From Hormiphora californensis (taxonomy: Eukaryota; Animalia; Ctenophora), in contig CM035359.1 of NCBI GenBank assembly GCA_020137815.1, forward strand, positions 3,658,001 through 3,722,000: a stretch of 64,000 bases of DNA. The letters are read 5' to 3'. Both the position numbers and the translations under genes were made by a program. Position 1 is the first letter of the stretch. Each line of letters opens with the position of its first letter. Positions 12,401 through 25,790 of this stretch are shown one piece after another. The notes under the pieces are model-generated. The model was not told where the DNA came from, ran no database searches, and saw nothing but the letters and a program-made list of their open reading frames with translations.

Positions 12401-15400
12401 ATAGCGCTATTTTAAAAAATGGGTAAAGCGCTATTCCTTTTAATTTTTTGTAATTTGATAATCGCAATTTAGCCCCCAATTACCCGTATTAATAAAGGAA
12501 AAGGGCCCTTAAACCCCGGAATTACGAAAACTGCCCCATTTGGAATTTAATGCGCAATACCCCTTTTGGCGTTTTAAAAAAAGGGGGTTTTTAAATTGTG
12601 AAAGCGCTAATTGCGCTTTTTTTTGGAAATGCGTTGCCAACGCGTTTTTTGCAGAAAAATTTGCGAAATTTAGCGAAATTCGAATTTGCCAAGGGGTTTT
12701 TCTAATATTTGCGCTAATGCGCTATTGCGCATAAAAAATGTTAAATATAAAAAAAAATGCCTAAACCAAGCGCTAATAATAAAAAAACCCCAAAGCCAAA
12801 CCCCTAAAGGAACTGGGTTTTTGAGTTTAATCCCCTAAAAGCCCCTTTAAAAAATGAAGGAAGTTGAAAACCCCCAAAGGGCCCAAAAAGCCTAAAATTT
12901 AGAGTCCCCCCTAACCCCGCACCGGGGGTTTTTTAAGCCCGGGCCCCCGGGACCCCCAACTCAGGAGGGGGCGAAGAGCTTTTTTTATTGGCTTAAACAA
13001 ATTGGCGCTTAAAATTGGCGTTTTTTTTTTGGCCCCGGGCTGGGGTGGCCCCCGGGTGGGGAATTTTTAGGGGCCCCAAAAAAATTTTTGGCGTTCAAAT
13101 GACGCCACCCCGAAAAATTCAAACCCCATTTTTTTTTCCCCCCAAAAATAAAAATTTCCAATTGGCCCCAATTTTTCAAAACCCCAGTTTGGGCCCCCGC
13201 CCGGGAAAAAAAACCCCAGAAGCCCAACCCCCCCCAAGCCCTTTTAAACCCCCAAAAGCCCCTGAGGCCCCAAAGAGCACCCCAGGGCCCCCCATGGCCG
13301 TTTTAATTTAAAAACCCCAAAAAGGGGGTTTCAAGGGGCCCCGTGGAAAAAAAAAAAAAGGGCCCTAATTAAACCCCCCGAGGAATTGGGGCCCAAAAAG
13401 GAATTTTAAATTTTTAACGTTAAAAAGGGCCCGGGGGGTTTTCGGGGGAAAGGAAAAAGGGAGCGGGTTTTTAAAAACCGCCTTTAAGCAATACCGTTCC
13501 GCAAATTACTTTGGCCCTTTGTTGGCGGGGAAATTTTATGTGCGAATTTGGGCCCAATTATGGGGCCCACCGTTCAAAAACCCAAACCGTTGGAAAAAAC
13601 TTGGGCCCCTTTCCCAAAAATGCGAGTGGGGGCAACGCCCGTTGGGCCCTAAAAAACGTTGGCGAATTTCATATTAAACCCCCTGCCCGAAAAAGCCGGG
13701 CGATCCGGGAAATTTAGATAAACCCGTGGCGAAACCCCTGGGGTTTTAAGGGGCCCCTTTTTCCCCATTAAAAATAAAATGCGAATTGGTTATTGGTAAT
13801 TGCAACCCGCGAATTTTCCGGGTTCCCCAATATAGGCCCCCGTTGCCCTAGGGGAATTTTTCAAAAATTTGCTTGGGGAGTAATGATGTTACCCTTTCTT
13901 TTTCCCTAAATTTTTGTACGTTGGGTTCCGAAAGTAACGTTTAAAGTAATTAGGGGTCGTTTTAAAATTACGAAAAATTCCCGCTATTAAAATTGGAAGG
14001 AAAAAGGTTTTTTATTCCCGTTTAACTTAGGTTTTTTACCCGCCCGACAGCGCTTTTCCCAAAAAACTTAATATTTGGGGGGGAAAGGCTAAAAATAGGG
14101 GTAAAAACCCGTAAATTAATTTTATTTGCAAAAGGAAAGTTGGGCCTTAAAAATCCCCTAAGGGTATTGTGGGGGAAGGCAAAAAAATTTTAAAAGGTAA
14201 TTAGCGCTTTTTAGCGTTTAATAAAAATTTTAACTTTAAATTTAAAAGTTAAAAGTTAATTTTAATTAACGTTTAGTTAAGTTAAGTTAATTAGCGCTAA
14301 TTAGGTTTTTTTAAAAAGGGGAAATAGCGCTATTAGCCTTTTAATTTTAGCGTTGAAGGAAAAAAATATACATATTTTTTTTGTAAAAAAATAGCGCTAA
14401 TTAGCGTTATTTAAAATTTTTGCCAAATTTAGGCTATTGCGTTTTTTAGCGCAAATGCGAAATTAGCGTATTTAAAATTTTAATAGCGCTAATAGCGTTT
14501 TATTAGCGTAAAATTCTTTTAATTTGTAAATTTAAAAATTAGGCAATTTTTTAAATGCGGTATTAGGCTTAAGATTTAACCAATTAGGGATTTAAAAATT
14601 TAATACGTAAAGCACAATTTAGGTTTAACGTAAAAAAAATTTTTGTTTTAAATTTGGCATTTCAAATTTTAGGAAACGCTTTTTTGGTTTTTTAGGCGGT
14701 GTTACTTTTTTAAATTTTAAACCAAAAATTTAAAGGCAAATTTTTTAATAAAATACCCAAATTTTAAGAAAGGGGCAAAAAGGGGTTAAAAATTTTTGCC
14801 CTAAGGTTTTTTAAAACCGTATGCCCAAATTTGGGAAAATTAGGGGTTCCAAATAGGGGGCCCCTTTTTTAAAATTTTAGGCCCGCTATTTTAAAGGGGT
14901 TTAAAAATTTTTAAAAAAAAAAATTTTTTCTAAATAGGCTAAAGTGCAAAAAGCGCAAAAATAGCGCTCCTAATTCCTTTTTTTGGCGCAAAATTTTCCC
15001 GAAAGCCCCCCCACAATGGTTTTTATAAAAAAAATTTTTTGCGCCAAATTTTTATTTCAACAAATCCAATAGCCAATTTCCAAATTTGCCCAACTTTGGT
15101 TTTCTTCGCCCGGTTTTTGGATTTTACCGAAAAAATTTACCAAGTCCCTCAAATACCAAATTTCCCCATACCCCCAACGTTTTTTTGTTGTTTTTGGTTC
15201 CCGAAACAAAAAAGTCCGCTTTTTCTCCCAATAAAAGGGAAAAAAAAGGTTGTTTGGGAAAGGAACAGAAAGGGAAATTTGAAAGGAAAGGGAAAAACTC
15301 TCTTTTCCCCTCTCTCTCTTTTTCTCTCTCTTTTCCCCCCCTTTCTCTTCCCCTTTTCTTTTTTCCTCTCTCTCCTCCCCACCTAAAATTTCCTCGCTTT

Positions 15401-18400
15401 AAAACCCCTTTCTAAAGTGAAATTGCTGCCAAAGTACTCCCAAAATTTCAAGTTCAATTTCAAAATTAAATTTAAAAAAATTTTTGCTTTTGAACTGAGA
15501 AAATATAGGGGATTTAAATTTGACTTTAAGGACTGTGAGTGTAATTTAAACTGGTTTGTTCAGTCACCCGTATTAAAGGGCAAGTGGGCGGGGGTGCAAA
15601 ATATTTGCACAGGGGCCCCCAAAACATTTTAGCCACGTTAACATCTCCCGCATAAATATAGCCAGTATGAACCCATCCCAAAAAGGAAGCGAGAGGGGCT
15701 AGATGATTTAAACAATGCCCCCCCCCCCTTTTTCCCCTTTTACGGGGGGGGCCCTCCGGTTCCCCCAAATTTCACCCCCAAACCCCCCGAGACGCCCCCC
15801 CGCAATCGACATCCGGTGGTAATCAAGTTCTTCAGCCCCAGTCACTAGTGCACTATTTACCCCAGGGGTGGCAAATCCCAAAAACCCCGGAAAAGCCTCC
15901 CATGGTCAACCACAAAGGCTCCAACCATCAAAGGCCCCAAAACTGTACCACTTCCCCAAACCCAAAACCAAACCAAAAATGATGGAAAAAAACAACAATA
16001 TTGTTGTTTGCAAATCTTTGCGGACAAAACGCAAAATTTAACGAAAAAATCAAGCAAGGTGAAATATAATTTGTTTGATTTTAGATAAAATACCCGCGGA
16101 TTGTCGCAAATAATTTTAATTTTGGGGTTGGGGACCTTTTAAAATATAACGCTTTTTCCCAAAATAGCTTTAGTATTTTAAATGGTCCCACCCCCCAAGT
16201 TAGAAAAAGTTCGTTTTTTTGGTATCAAGGTTGTTGATTTTGATTATGTTCCCAACGAGTTTTGCTTTCCCCCTTCGTTTTGTCCAATGAAGGCCCCGAA
16301 TACAGACTTGGCCCCCTTGGTGGGGATCAGTCAAAATGAAGGGGGGAAAACATCCCCAAATTTCCCCCCTCCCAAAATGCACCTCATCGCTGATAATGAG
16401 GATACCTCCCGGCAATGATGGGTTTTGAACAAAAAGGTGAACCGGTGCCCTTTTTAGTGATCCTCGAGGAAACCTATTCACAGATTTATAACTTCAAGAA
16501 TTCTGGGATGCCAAGACCAACATGATCTGCCCAGAGTCCGACTCCTACCAATTGTGGGGTATTAACAACATGAAGGGGTAGACAATGGAATCCTTAAGGA
16601 CACCCTTTGCAAAAAAATCGGGGCAGTTTGTCAGCGTATCCATGTAAAAAAACGGGGGTTAATAGTTTTTGCCAAGATTGGTATTTCTCCCAGCACTAAC
16701 CATGTTTTTTCGGTTGCAAGGGTTGGCGTTTGTCGGAACCCAAAAAAAATTTTCCAGTGACGAGTTGAAGGGGAAAGGGAATTTCAATAAACAATATAGA
16801 GCCATATGACTGGAAGAGGGGAATGGAGCATTTTGAAAGTCGTGGAAAAAAAATTTGTAGAAAATTGTGACTGCACTCGTGCTCGACGAGGTAATGCTAC
16901 GGCCGGCAGGGTTTGGGATTCTTGCAAACAAAAAAAGGGTATTTTTATATCCCCCCCAAAAACGTATGCGATGGGGTTAAACATTTTTTCGTAACAAAGA
17001 TGAGGCTTGTGTATATCACAGCGGGTTGCAATTTGTCACAGTCCAATTTTGAACCTTTACGAGGCCAAAAAGAATAATTATCCAAGAAAACATGTTGGTC
17101 ATCAGATTAACCAAAAATGTTATTGTCTGCAAACACTACCGTGAAAAGATGAACTGTTTTGGTGGTGAACCCAAATTTTCACCAGCAGCTCTCCCCTATT
17201 TTAAAAGTAATGGATTCCTAATACAGTCTCAAAGCGAAATTTTTGTGGCGATAATCGAAACAAGCAGTTTTTGCGATGAGGCCCTGATAAAAATGTGTCG
17301 AACACCGGGCTGGCAGTGTTCTTCACAAGCTCAGCGTGCGATGGTTTAAATTGGGGTGTGAGGGTGGGGAAGATGAAATAGGAAAGCATGTCTTTTTAGG
17401 CCGACGATTTTTCGGACCGAAAGACAGCCAGAAAAAAAAGGGTTCCCATTCAAATTTCCAAAGAGTGGATCGGAGATGGGATCGAGGGTGTGAAAAAAGG
17501 GATGGGAAAGAAAAAGAAGAAAGTGGTACACTAAGTGTGGCTGGAAATTACAGCTCAAACACTCAGTCCGTCATCTGCCCAGGGATGGGATATGTTAAAA
17601 AAAGTCCAGGCCCTCCTACGCTTTACTGCGATCTGATGTAGCCTGATGACAAAAATACTGTGAAAAATTCTCTCCCCATTCAAGGAAAAAAAACGATAAA
17701 CTGGGAGCAGAGGGTTTTTGGGCGATGAATTTTGGGTACAAAAAGAAAATATTGTATTTCTCCCGGGATCGAGCCTTTCCGGCCACATAGACCCTGATGG
17801 TGAAGGAATTTTTCATCGGCCCCCAAGGGGATTACACCATAAATATTTTATTGACTTTTCCAGTCAAAAATCAACAACGTGAAAAATATTTGGAGAGCGA
17901 GTCTACCCATCCTGACAGGGTCTGTAATGTTTCCTGCCCCCCGACCTCTTTTTGGAGGAGTGTGTGCCCCAAAACCCCTTCCCAAAAGGTTTTTTGCAAT
18001 TTTTTGACAACCGAACTAGAGTTGTACAAGGCCCAATGGGACATTTACAAACAATTTTTTTGGTTGTTCAAACCTCCGATGGTTACCAACCCCAAAATAT
18101 GTGACCCCGTGGACATTGCGGAGACAAAAGTGATGAGATAAGATGCGAGAATAACTTCAGGCAAAACGAAAAAGTTTTTTGCAAAGCTAGAAGGGGTTGG
18201 GGGTTTTGGGTTTTACGCCAAGACTTTTCTGATGAAAGCAACGAGACTGTACAACAAGTCAAGTTCCCCGAATTTTTTTTTGAAAGGTTCTGCAGGGTTT
18301 TCGGGGATTTAGCAGTGGGTTTGGGAAAATTTTTGTTTAGCCCCGGGGTTGATGGAATTTTTTAAACAGAAACCCAACCCCTGGTAGAACCCAAAAAATT

Positions 18401-21400
18401 TTTGTTTTTTGGTAATATCGTTCGGTGACTTTTTTAGGGTTTTTTTCTCCTCTTGGGGCTTCGGGGGGTTTTTTAAAAGAGCACCCGTGAATCCCAGTTC
18501 GGGATGGTGACAAAGCCTCTCCGTCCTTTGTGGGAAATTTTAAAAATTGGGTGCTCATTCCTCTACTTATGTCCGTTTTTTGTTTATAAGGAGAAAGGAT
18601 ATGAGTGCAAAAAAAATTTTTTTAAAGCTAATCGAACCAAATATCGGTAAAACTTGCCCCTCAACATTGCCAATTAAAGGGTTTGGCGAGTTTTTTGCAG
18701 TTGTTTCCCGGTTGTTTCCCCAGCTGGAAGATTTTTTTGTGAGAAGGGGGGTGTTGAAAACAACAAGTACTTTGTTGGCTCAATTTTAAAAAAGAAGCGC
18801 TTTAAAAATTGTTGGGTACTACGATCGGTTTTAGGCAGTTTCCGATGGTGGGGGGAGGGATTGGAAAACATTTCCCCTATCTGTTGGAGATATGTACAAC
18901 GATACCTTCCGAGAGTTTGGGGAGTCTGAGTTTTATGCAACCCGGGGATCGTCTCTTTAACTTCTTTTTCCCAAAAGATAATCCACAGATTGGACATAGG
19001 AGGTCCAGGTTTGCAATTGTTGTGTGTTTTGTGATTGCAATATGTATTTGGTAATCAAATTTTTACTTTAAAATCTAGTGAGGCGGCGGGAGGGGAAAAA
19101 AAACAAAAAATTACTGATGAAAAGGAAAAGGAAACTAAGAGAAAAATATCAGTTTTGAACCCCAGATATTTTCACGGGTTCCATTTAGATCGTTTGTGCC
19201 AAACACACTGAGTACTTTGACTTCTCTACTGACCCATTTCTTTCCATCTTCTTCTGCCCTGCAAAATCCCTCATCAACCCCTTCTGTTCTTTTCGATGTA
19301 TTTTGATTATTTTGGGGGTTTTAAAAAAAAATTTTAGTTCTCCTGGTGAAGGGTTCCCTTTTTTAAATCGAAATGAGGAGATAAAACGAGATTTAACCCT
19401 TTTCCCTCGATGAGTTTTTGTTTAACGGGACCATTGTTTTTTGGTTTCGTTGGGGTTAAATCGGCAGTTGGACTACATTTTTTCCCTTTTAAAGGAGTTT
19501 TGTTTCGAACGAAAATTTTGTTTTTTGTTGTTTTTTTTGGGTTGGCCCCTGCAAATTAAGGCCGGGGGGGGGTCGACGGGTTTTTTGGGGTGTTTTTTGA
19601 GGGGATACGTTATTGAAAACACTGGGCAAGGCGGGTCGATTTGAACAGACGATCGATGTTGCGCGCACGTTTTGGGCCAAAATTTGGGGGGTTTAACATT
19701 GGCCCATAAGGATGTTAAACCCCCATAAAACAGGATTGGGGGGGTCTAGAACTCCATCATTGTACCAAGGGTTCGTCTTGTCTTTATACCTTTTGAAAAA
19801 TTTATGTTGTTTCTCCAACACTTTTTGATTTTTTGGGGGGTTTCAAAATATGCGGGAAAAAACCCTTTTTGCCCTAATTTTTTTCTCTTTTTTGGGACAT
19901 CCCTCACTTCCCGAAATAAGGTAGGGCCAGACCTTGCGTTTGGATGTGTTTAAAAAGGGCCGTGTTCTTCAAAATTTTTTGTAGCGATTTTTTATTAAAG
20001 GCCCCCCTTCAAAAATTATGGGGTTTACATAAAATTTTCATGGAACCCCAAAAAAAGTTAACCCTATAATTTTTTAACGGGGCCTTAAAAAAATCGCACA
20101 CAAATTTGAAGAACCGGTCCAGAACAACATGCCAAACGGCAAGGTCGGAGTTTGCCCTTATTTTAGGAAGTGAGGCAGGAGTCCCAAAAAGAGCAAAATT
20201 AGAGGCAAAAAGGGGCTTTTTCGCATTTTTGTAAACCCCAAAAAACAAAAAAAGGGAGTTGGAGTAAAAAGCAAAAACTTTTCGGAAGTTGGGATCAAAA
20301 CAAGACGAAGCCTTGGACAATGAGGTGTTCTAGCCCCACCAATCCTGATTATAGGGTTTAAAATCCTTATAGGCAAATGTTAAACCCCCCCAAATTTGGC
20401 CAAAAAGGGGGCCCCCAAAAAAACGAGAGGAAGTGGCCCAGGCAAAGAACCCAAAAAAAAAAAAAAAACCCCCCGGGGGAAAAAGGGGAAAAAATGTTTG
20501 GTTGGGAAAAGTAGTTTTTTCTTTTCCCCCTTAAAGTTTAAAACTTTCTAAAAAACAAACCCCCAAAAAACCCCGGTTTGAAACCCCGCCTTTAATGAAG
20601 GGCGACACAAAAGTGGTTGGGGTGGGGGACTTCCGCGAAAAGTAAAATTTTTTCAATAAAAATTACTGGTTTTAAAGAACCCTTAAACGGTTTTTGGTTG
20701 AGAATCTAACAAGTAAAAAGGTTTAAGCATTTGGGGGGGTGGGGGTTGCTGTTTTGGGGCCCCCAAAATTTTTCCCAACCCCTTAATTGGGGGGCCGATA
20801 AAGGGGCTGAAAAAAGTTGAAAAAAAATTGAATCACAAAGATTTTTTTTTGGTGAAATCGACCCTTAAACGACCGTAAATGTTGTTTTTTTGGCCCCCCC
20901 CCCATTCTTCGTTTCCCCTTTATGGGGCGACCCGTTTCCCCAGTTTCCCCTTTGGCCTCCCCAATTTCCCCCCCAATTCCCCTTGGGGGGGAAAAGGAAT
21001 AAAGACTCAAAAAAGGGGGTCAAGGAAAAGATCCTTTAAAAGGACGACTCCCCTAAAAAAATTTTGTTGATTCACTTTTTCGGGGCGAAATCTTTTTGGG
21101 GATCCGCCTAGGGGGGCCCCCGAAAATCTTTGAAATAAAATTTCTCCCGCCAAATTTGGAAAAAGGGAAAAAAAGGGAAGAAAAACTCGAAATAACAAAA
21201 GAAAAACTCTTTTATTAAACCCTGCCCAATTTTAAAAAATCATTAAACCCCTTTTCTCAAAAAAATTTTGACTTGGATCCCCCGGGGCCGGGGGCCCAAA
21301 AACCAGTTTCCCTTTGTTAAGGAACCCAAATTGGGGCCCCCGGGGGCCCTTTTGGGGTAAAAAGGGATAAAACCCCGACCCAAAACCGGGGGGTTTTGAA

Positions 21401-24400
21401 TCTTTTTTTCATTTACACAACCCCTGAATAAAAACCTCCAAAACCCTTCTCATCAAACGGGCCGGGAAAAGCTTAGCCAACCCCCCCCACCGGGTGCCCC
21501 CCGGGGGGCCCTAAGAAGGAAAAAACCGTTTAGTTTACTGAACCTTTTTTAAAAATTTATTTAAGGGGCCCCCCAACGGGCCAAAAATGGTTGGGGGGTT
21601 TTGGATAAGACTTTTTAAAGGGGCCACCCCTTTGAACCCCTTTTTAAAATGCCCCATGGGAAAGCCCCAAAAACCCTAAGGCTACCAATCCAAAAAACTC
21701 CCCCCCCAACCCCCCCAAAGGGGGGTTTTTTCCCTTAACCCCCCCCATCCCCAAACCCCCCCACCAAACCCCCTTAAAAAAACCCCCCAACGCCTTAAAT
21801 TTTTTTTTTACCTCGCCCAAAAACCCTCTTTAAAAACCCCCCTTTCCCCCCCCTTTTTAACAAAAAAAATTCGGCCCAAAAAAACCCAAAAAGTTAAAAG
21901 GGGTTTTAAGGTGGTTTTAGACTTTTTGCCCTTTAAAATCCCACCCCATGGTTTTTTTATGGTTAAAAACTCCTCAGGAAAACCCCCAAAAAAAATTAAA
22001 GGCCAAAACTTCGGGAAAACCTTGGGGGGGCTTTAAAAAAAAAAGCTTTTTTTAAATGGGGACCAAAAGATTTTTTAAAATTTTTTTTAAGTAAAAATTT
22101 TCCCGGGGGTTTGGATTTGTTTTTTGGGGGCCAAAAGCCCCCAAAATTAAACCCCCAAAACCAAATTTCCCCCCCAATTTGGGGGGAAAATTTAAAAAAA
22201 AGGCTTTTTTTAAAATTAATTTTAAAGAAGGGACAAAGAATTAAAAATTTTTTAAAATGGTTTTTAAACAAAGGGGTTTTAGGTTTTAAAAAATTTAAGC
22301 CCCCCATCATTTTTTGGGGCTTTTTGATTGGGAGAACCTTAACATTGTTTTAAAAAAAAAAGATAAAAAAATGTGGGTTTTTTCAAAAATTCAAAAATTC
22401 AAAAGGGCACCCCGAAAAGAAAAAAGAAATATTTTTAAAAATTAAAAAGTGTTTTAAAAAAAAATTTTTCTTCCCCCTTTTTGGAAATTTGTCCAAAAAA
22501 AACTCCCACCATTTTCAAAAATACTCAGTTTAAAGGGGGGGGATTTAGGGAAAAAAAGCAAAAATTTAAAAGACCACTCCACAAAAAAAGTAAAAAGTGG
22601 AAATTTTATTTAAAAAATTTGGGCCCTTTTTTAAAATTTTTACAAACCCCAAACCTGGAGGAAAAAGTTTTGGTAAAATTTTTAAAAAAAAAAAACCCGG
22701 GCCCCAATTTTAAACCCATGGTCAAATTTTCCCAGGTTTATGAAAACTTTAAAAAGTTTAAAATTCAAAACAAAAGGTATGCCTTTTTTTGGGGGGGGGA
22801 AAATTTTAAGTTTTAAAGTAAAAACACCATCTGGAGTTGGGCCCATGTTAACCTAAAAATGTAATAAAATTATAAGTTAAATGTAGAAAAGTTAAAATTT
22901 TAAATGAAAAAGGGTTTGAAAAAATGACAATGTAAAAAATTTTAATAAAATTTTTTAATAAAAAATCAGGGGGATGAAAAAAAAGGGTCATTGGTTTGAT
23001 AAGGGGGGGGGATAAGGGTTTATGGATGTTTAAATGGGGAGTAAAGAAAAGGGAAAAAAGGGGAAAATGAAGGGAAAACCAATAAAAGGGGATTGAAAGG
23101 GGTTTAAAAATTGAAATTTTGATAAAATTTTAGAAAATTATAGATTTAATTTAAAGGGGTTTTAAAGGGGGAAACCCAAACGGGCCTTTTGGGGGAATAA
23201 AAATTTTATAATTTTTTCCCCCCTTTTTAAAAAGATTTTTTTTAAAAAAATTTTTTTAAAAATTTTTTTTTCCAAAATTTTAACCACCAAAAATTTCAAT
23301 TTTTGGTTCCGAAAAAGGTTAAAATTTTTTAAAACCAAAATCAAAAATTATTTTTATAATCCCAAAAATGCTTTTATGATACGAAAAAAGAACCCGGGGA
23401 ATTGGAAAAGCCAAGGGGGTTTTGCCCAATAAGGTGATCTGCCAGGGGTTACACTCAAAAGGGAGATAAGTTGTTGTAGGTTTTGATAATATAATAATTG
23501 AATAAGGTTAGGAAGGGGGATAAGGGTGAATAAAGGGCGTTAAAAAGTTCCCATCTTTTATTGCCAAATTTAAAAACGGGGACCTTGTTTAACAAAGTTT
23601 GGGTGTAATTTTATTTGAAATTTTTTAGAAAAAAAAGGGGTTGTTTAAAAAAAAGTTAGATTTTGCCTTTTAGGGTGTGGGGAAAAGGGGGGTTTGGGTT
23701 AATAGGGGGTTGAAAGTTTAAAAGAAAAAAGCAGCTAGAATAAAAGTAAAAAAATTTTGCAAAGTGAAACCAAATTAAAAACCTGAAAAAAAAGGTTTTT
23801 TAACATAGGGCTAAAAACGGCAGAATTGATTTTTTAAAAATTTTTCCAAATCCATTTTAATTAAACCTTAATGTTGGGTAGGAGAGAAATCTTATAATTA
23901 TTTAAACATTTTTTTTTTAAAAAATAATTTTTTTTCCAATTATGCCACCCTAAAAACCCAAAAGTTTTTGGCATTTTGACTGGGAAACAAATGGGCTATT
24001 CGTGGGGGCCTGAAGAAATTTAAAATGTAAAAATCCCCCTTATAATGACATTTCCCCCAAAAAAAAAAAAAACCGCCAAAATATTTTTTTGAACTGCATG
24101 CAAAATATCGATAAATTGGACGAATACGGGGGAATGTTTAGTATTAAAAAGAAGAAATTTAAAATTCTTTTAAAAAAAATAGTGAAATTTTATGGGTTGG
24201 ACATTTGGTTTTGCCCCAAATTTCGGTAGGCGTTGAAGTAAGGGGGAACAAACAACAACAAATAAATTAAAACCCCAAGGGGGGTTGACCCCGTTTTTTA
24301 AAAAACCCCAAAATAGGGAAAAAGTTAACCATTTTTTTACAATAACCCAAAAAAACAAAAAAACAGTATATTATGGGTTTTGGTCAAAATGGTTTGGGGG

Positions 24401-24600
24401 TAAATTTTAAAATTGTGTTATTAATTGATAATTGAAAAACCTTTTCATGGAAGGGGAAGGAAAGGGCCTTTTTAAAAAATAAAATTTCTCAAAAAATTTT
24501 CCGCGCTTTCCGCCCCCTCCCCAGTGAAAAAGGGGGGAATTTAAGGTTATTTTAGGGTTTTTAAGGGGTGTCGTCGAACGCTTTCCAAAACCTCACTTTA
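9125..24600. other. Homopolymer-inflated low-fidelity sequence block (probable assembly or base-calling artifact)
   Basis: Abrupt switch to pervasive A/T/G/C runs (including ~49 A followed by ~39 C at 9385-9473). ORFs are only K/F/G/P-rich. Normal complexity returns at ~24.6 kb. Confidence 0.85.
11830..12780. repeat. Degenerate array of (TAGCGCTAAT)n; a second array lies at ~14200-14520
   Basis: Repeated AGCGCTAATTAGCGC motifs, e.g. 12052-12085 and 12366-12410. Confidence 0.7.
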
Positions 24601-25486
24601 GGTCCTTAATTTGGTGTGAACCACGTGTATTACCGTACGTGAAGCCCCGGACCACCCCTCGTGTATAATGGGTGTAGACAACCAATGAGGGGATCGAAAT
24701 TAAATTGGACACTTGATAGTATTTCAATTACATGGAAATTTACACAGGCGTCAATTTGGTCACGTGTAGGGTTCACCAGCCAATAGTGATAGCGAGATAT
24801 CACACTACACCAGATTGGGGGTGAAGAAGAAGTTTGACTTCCATTTCTCAAGATTCAAGAAATTTCAAATCTTCAAAACTCTATGAACTATATAATTACT
24901 CTCTCTCTGGCAATGCATGTTATAGCGGTCAAAGAAAGACCTAATATTGATTGTTCATTATGAACAAACCTAAGCTAGTCACTGGCATCGACATTGTTAT
25001 TTCGGCCGGGTGAGATGAATTATAGGCTGCTAGATGAAGAGATAAACAGTGAAAGTATAGTAGTAGTTCACTGTTCATCTTGTCCTGCCAGTGACTTAAA
25101 CCCCATTATCAACTATAATAGAAGCCTATATATAAAGCGCATATAAAGCCTATATATGCTATAGCGCATGTTTAGAATGTTTTGCTTTCGAAATATTCGA
25201 TTATTCACATTTCAAACATGTAAAAGTGGAAGCATTGTGACCATTTTCGAAAACAATTCAGTATTCATAGTTACCGGCTCAGTTGCCATGTCAACCATAA
25301 AATCGGGGTTAGTTATGTAAACAAAGAGGGATTTGAAGAGGAATTTTCATCAGCCCATGCTTGAAGCATACAACTATAAAATCAAACACACCATCCGATC
25401 CCCATTAAGTCAAATCTAAACTTCCCACTAGCCTCCCTACTAAAATAGTCGATACAAGTGATGAGGTGCAGTCTCTATATAGGGGG

Positions 25487-25790
25487 AAGTAATTTTGATA
25501 TCTCCTTCTGGTGATCAACACACACACACGCCCTCTGTACAACAGTTTAATGGGGAATCTCACACATACACGGGCAGAACTCGGTTAAGGAGAGATTAAT
25601 TAGTATTCTGAATAATGAGTTCAGAGCAAGAATTAAATAGGGAAGAAAATCGAAAAATAGGGTTTGGTAGCTTAGTGGTTTATAGCTCCGAGCATGTCTC
25701 TCTGGAGGTCCCTGGTTCAATTCCCGGTCAAACCCAGTATTTTTCGATTTTCTTCCCTATTTAATTCTTGCTCTGAACTCATTATTCAGA
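25487..25790. mobile_element. tRNA-derived SINE-like element with inverted arrangement
   Basis: tRNA-like head 25660-25736 with A box TAGCTTAGTGG, B box GGTTCAATTCC and GGGTTTG/CAAACCC stem, flanked by ~53-bp inverted repeats. Body resembles the partial copy at 29036-29200. Confidence 0.6.

Noticed and set aside
10499-24358. Many K/F/G/P-rich short ORFs
   Set aside because: Products of homopolymer-inflated sequence.
25660-25736. Functional tRNA gene
   Set aside because: Anticodon arm does not pair well, T stem has a mismatch, and it is attached to a repeated SINE-like body.
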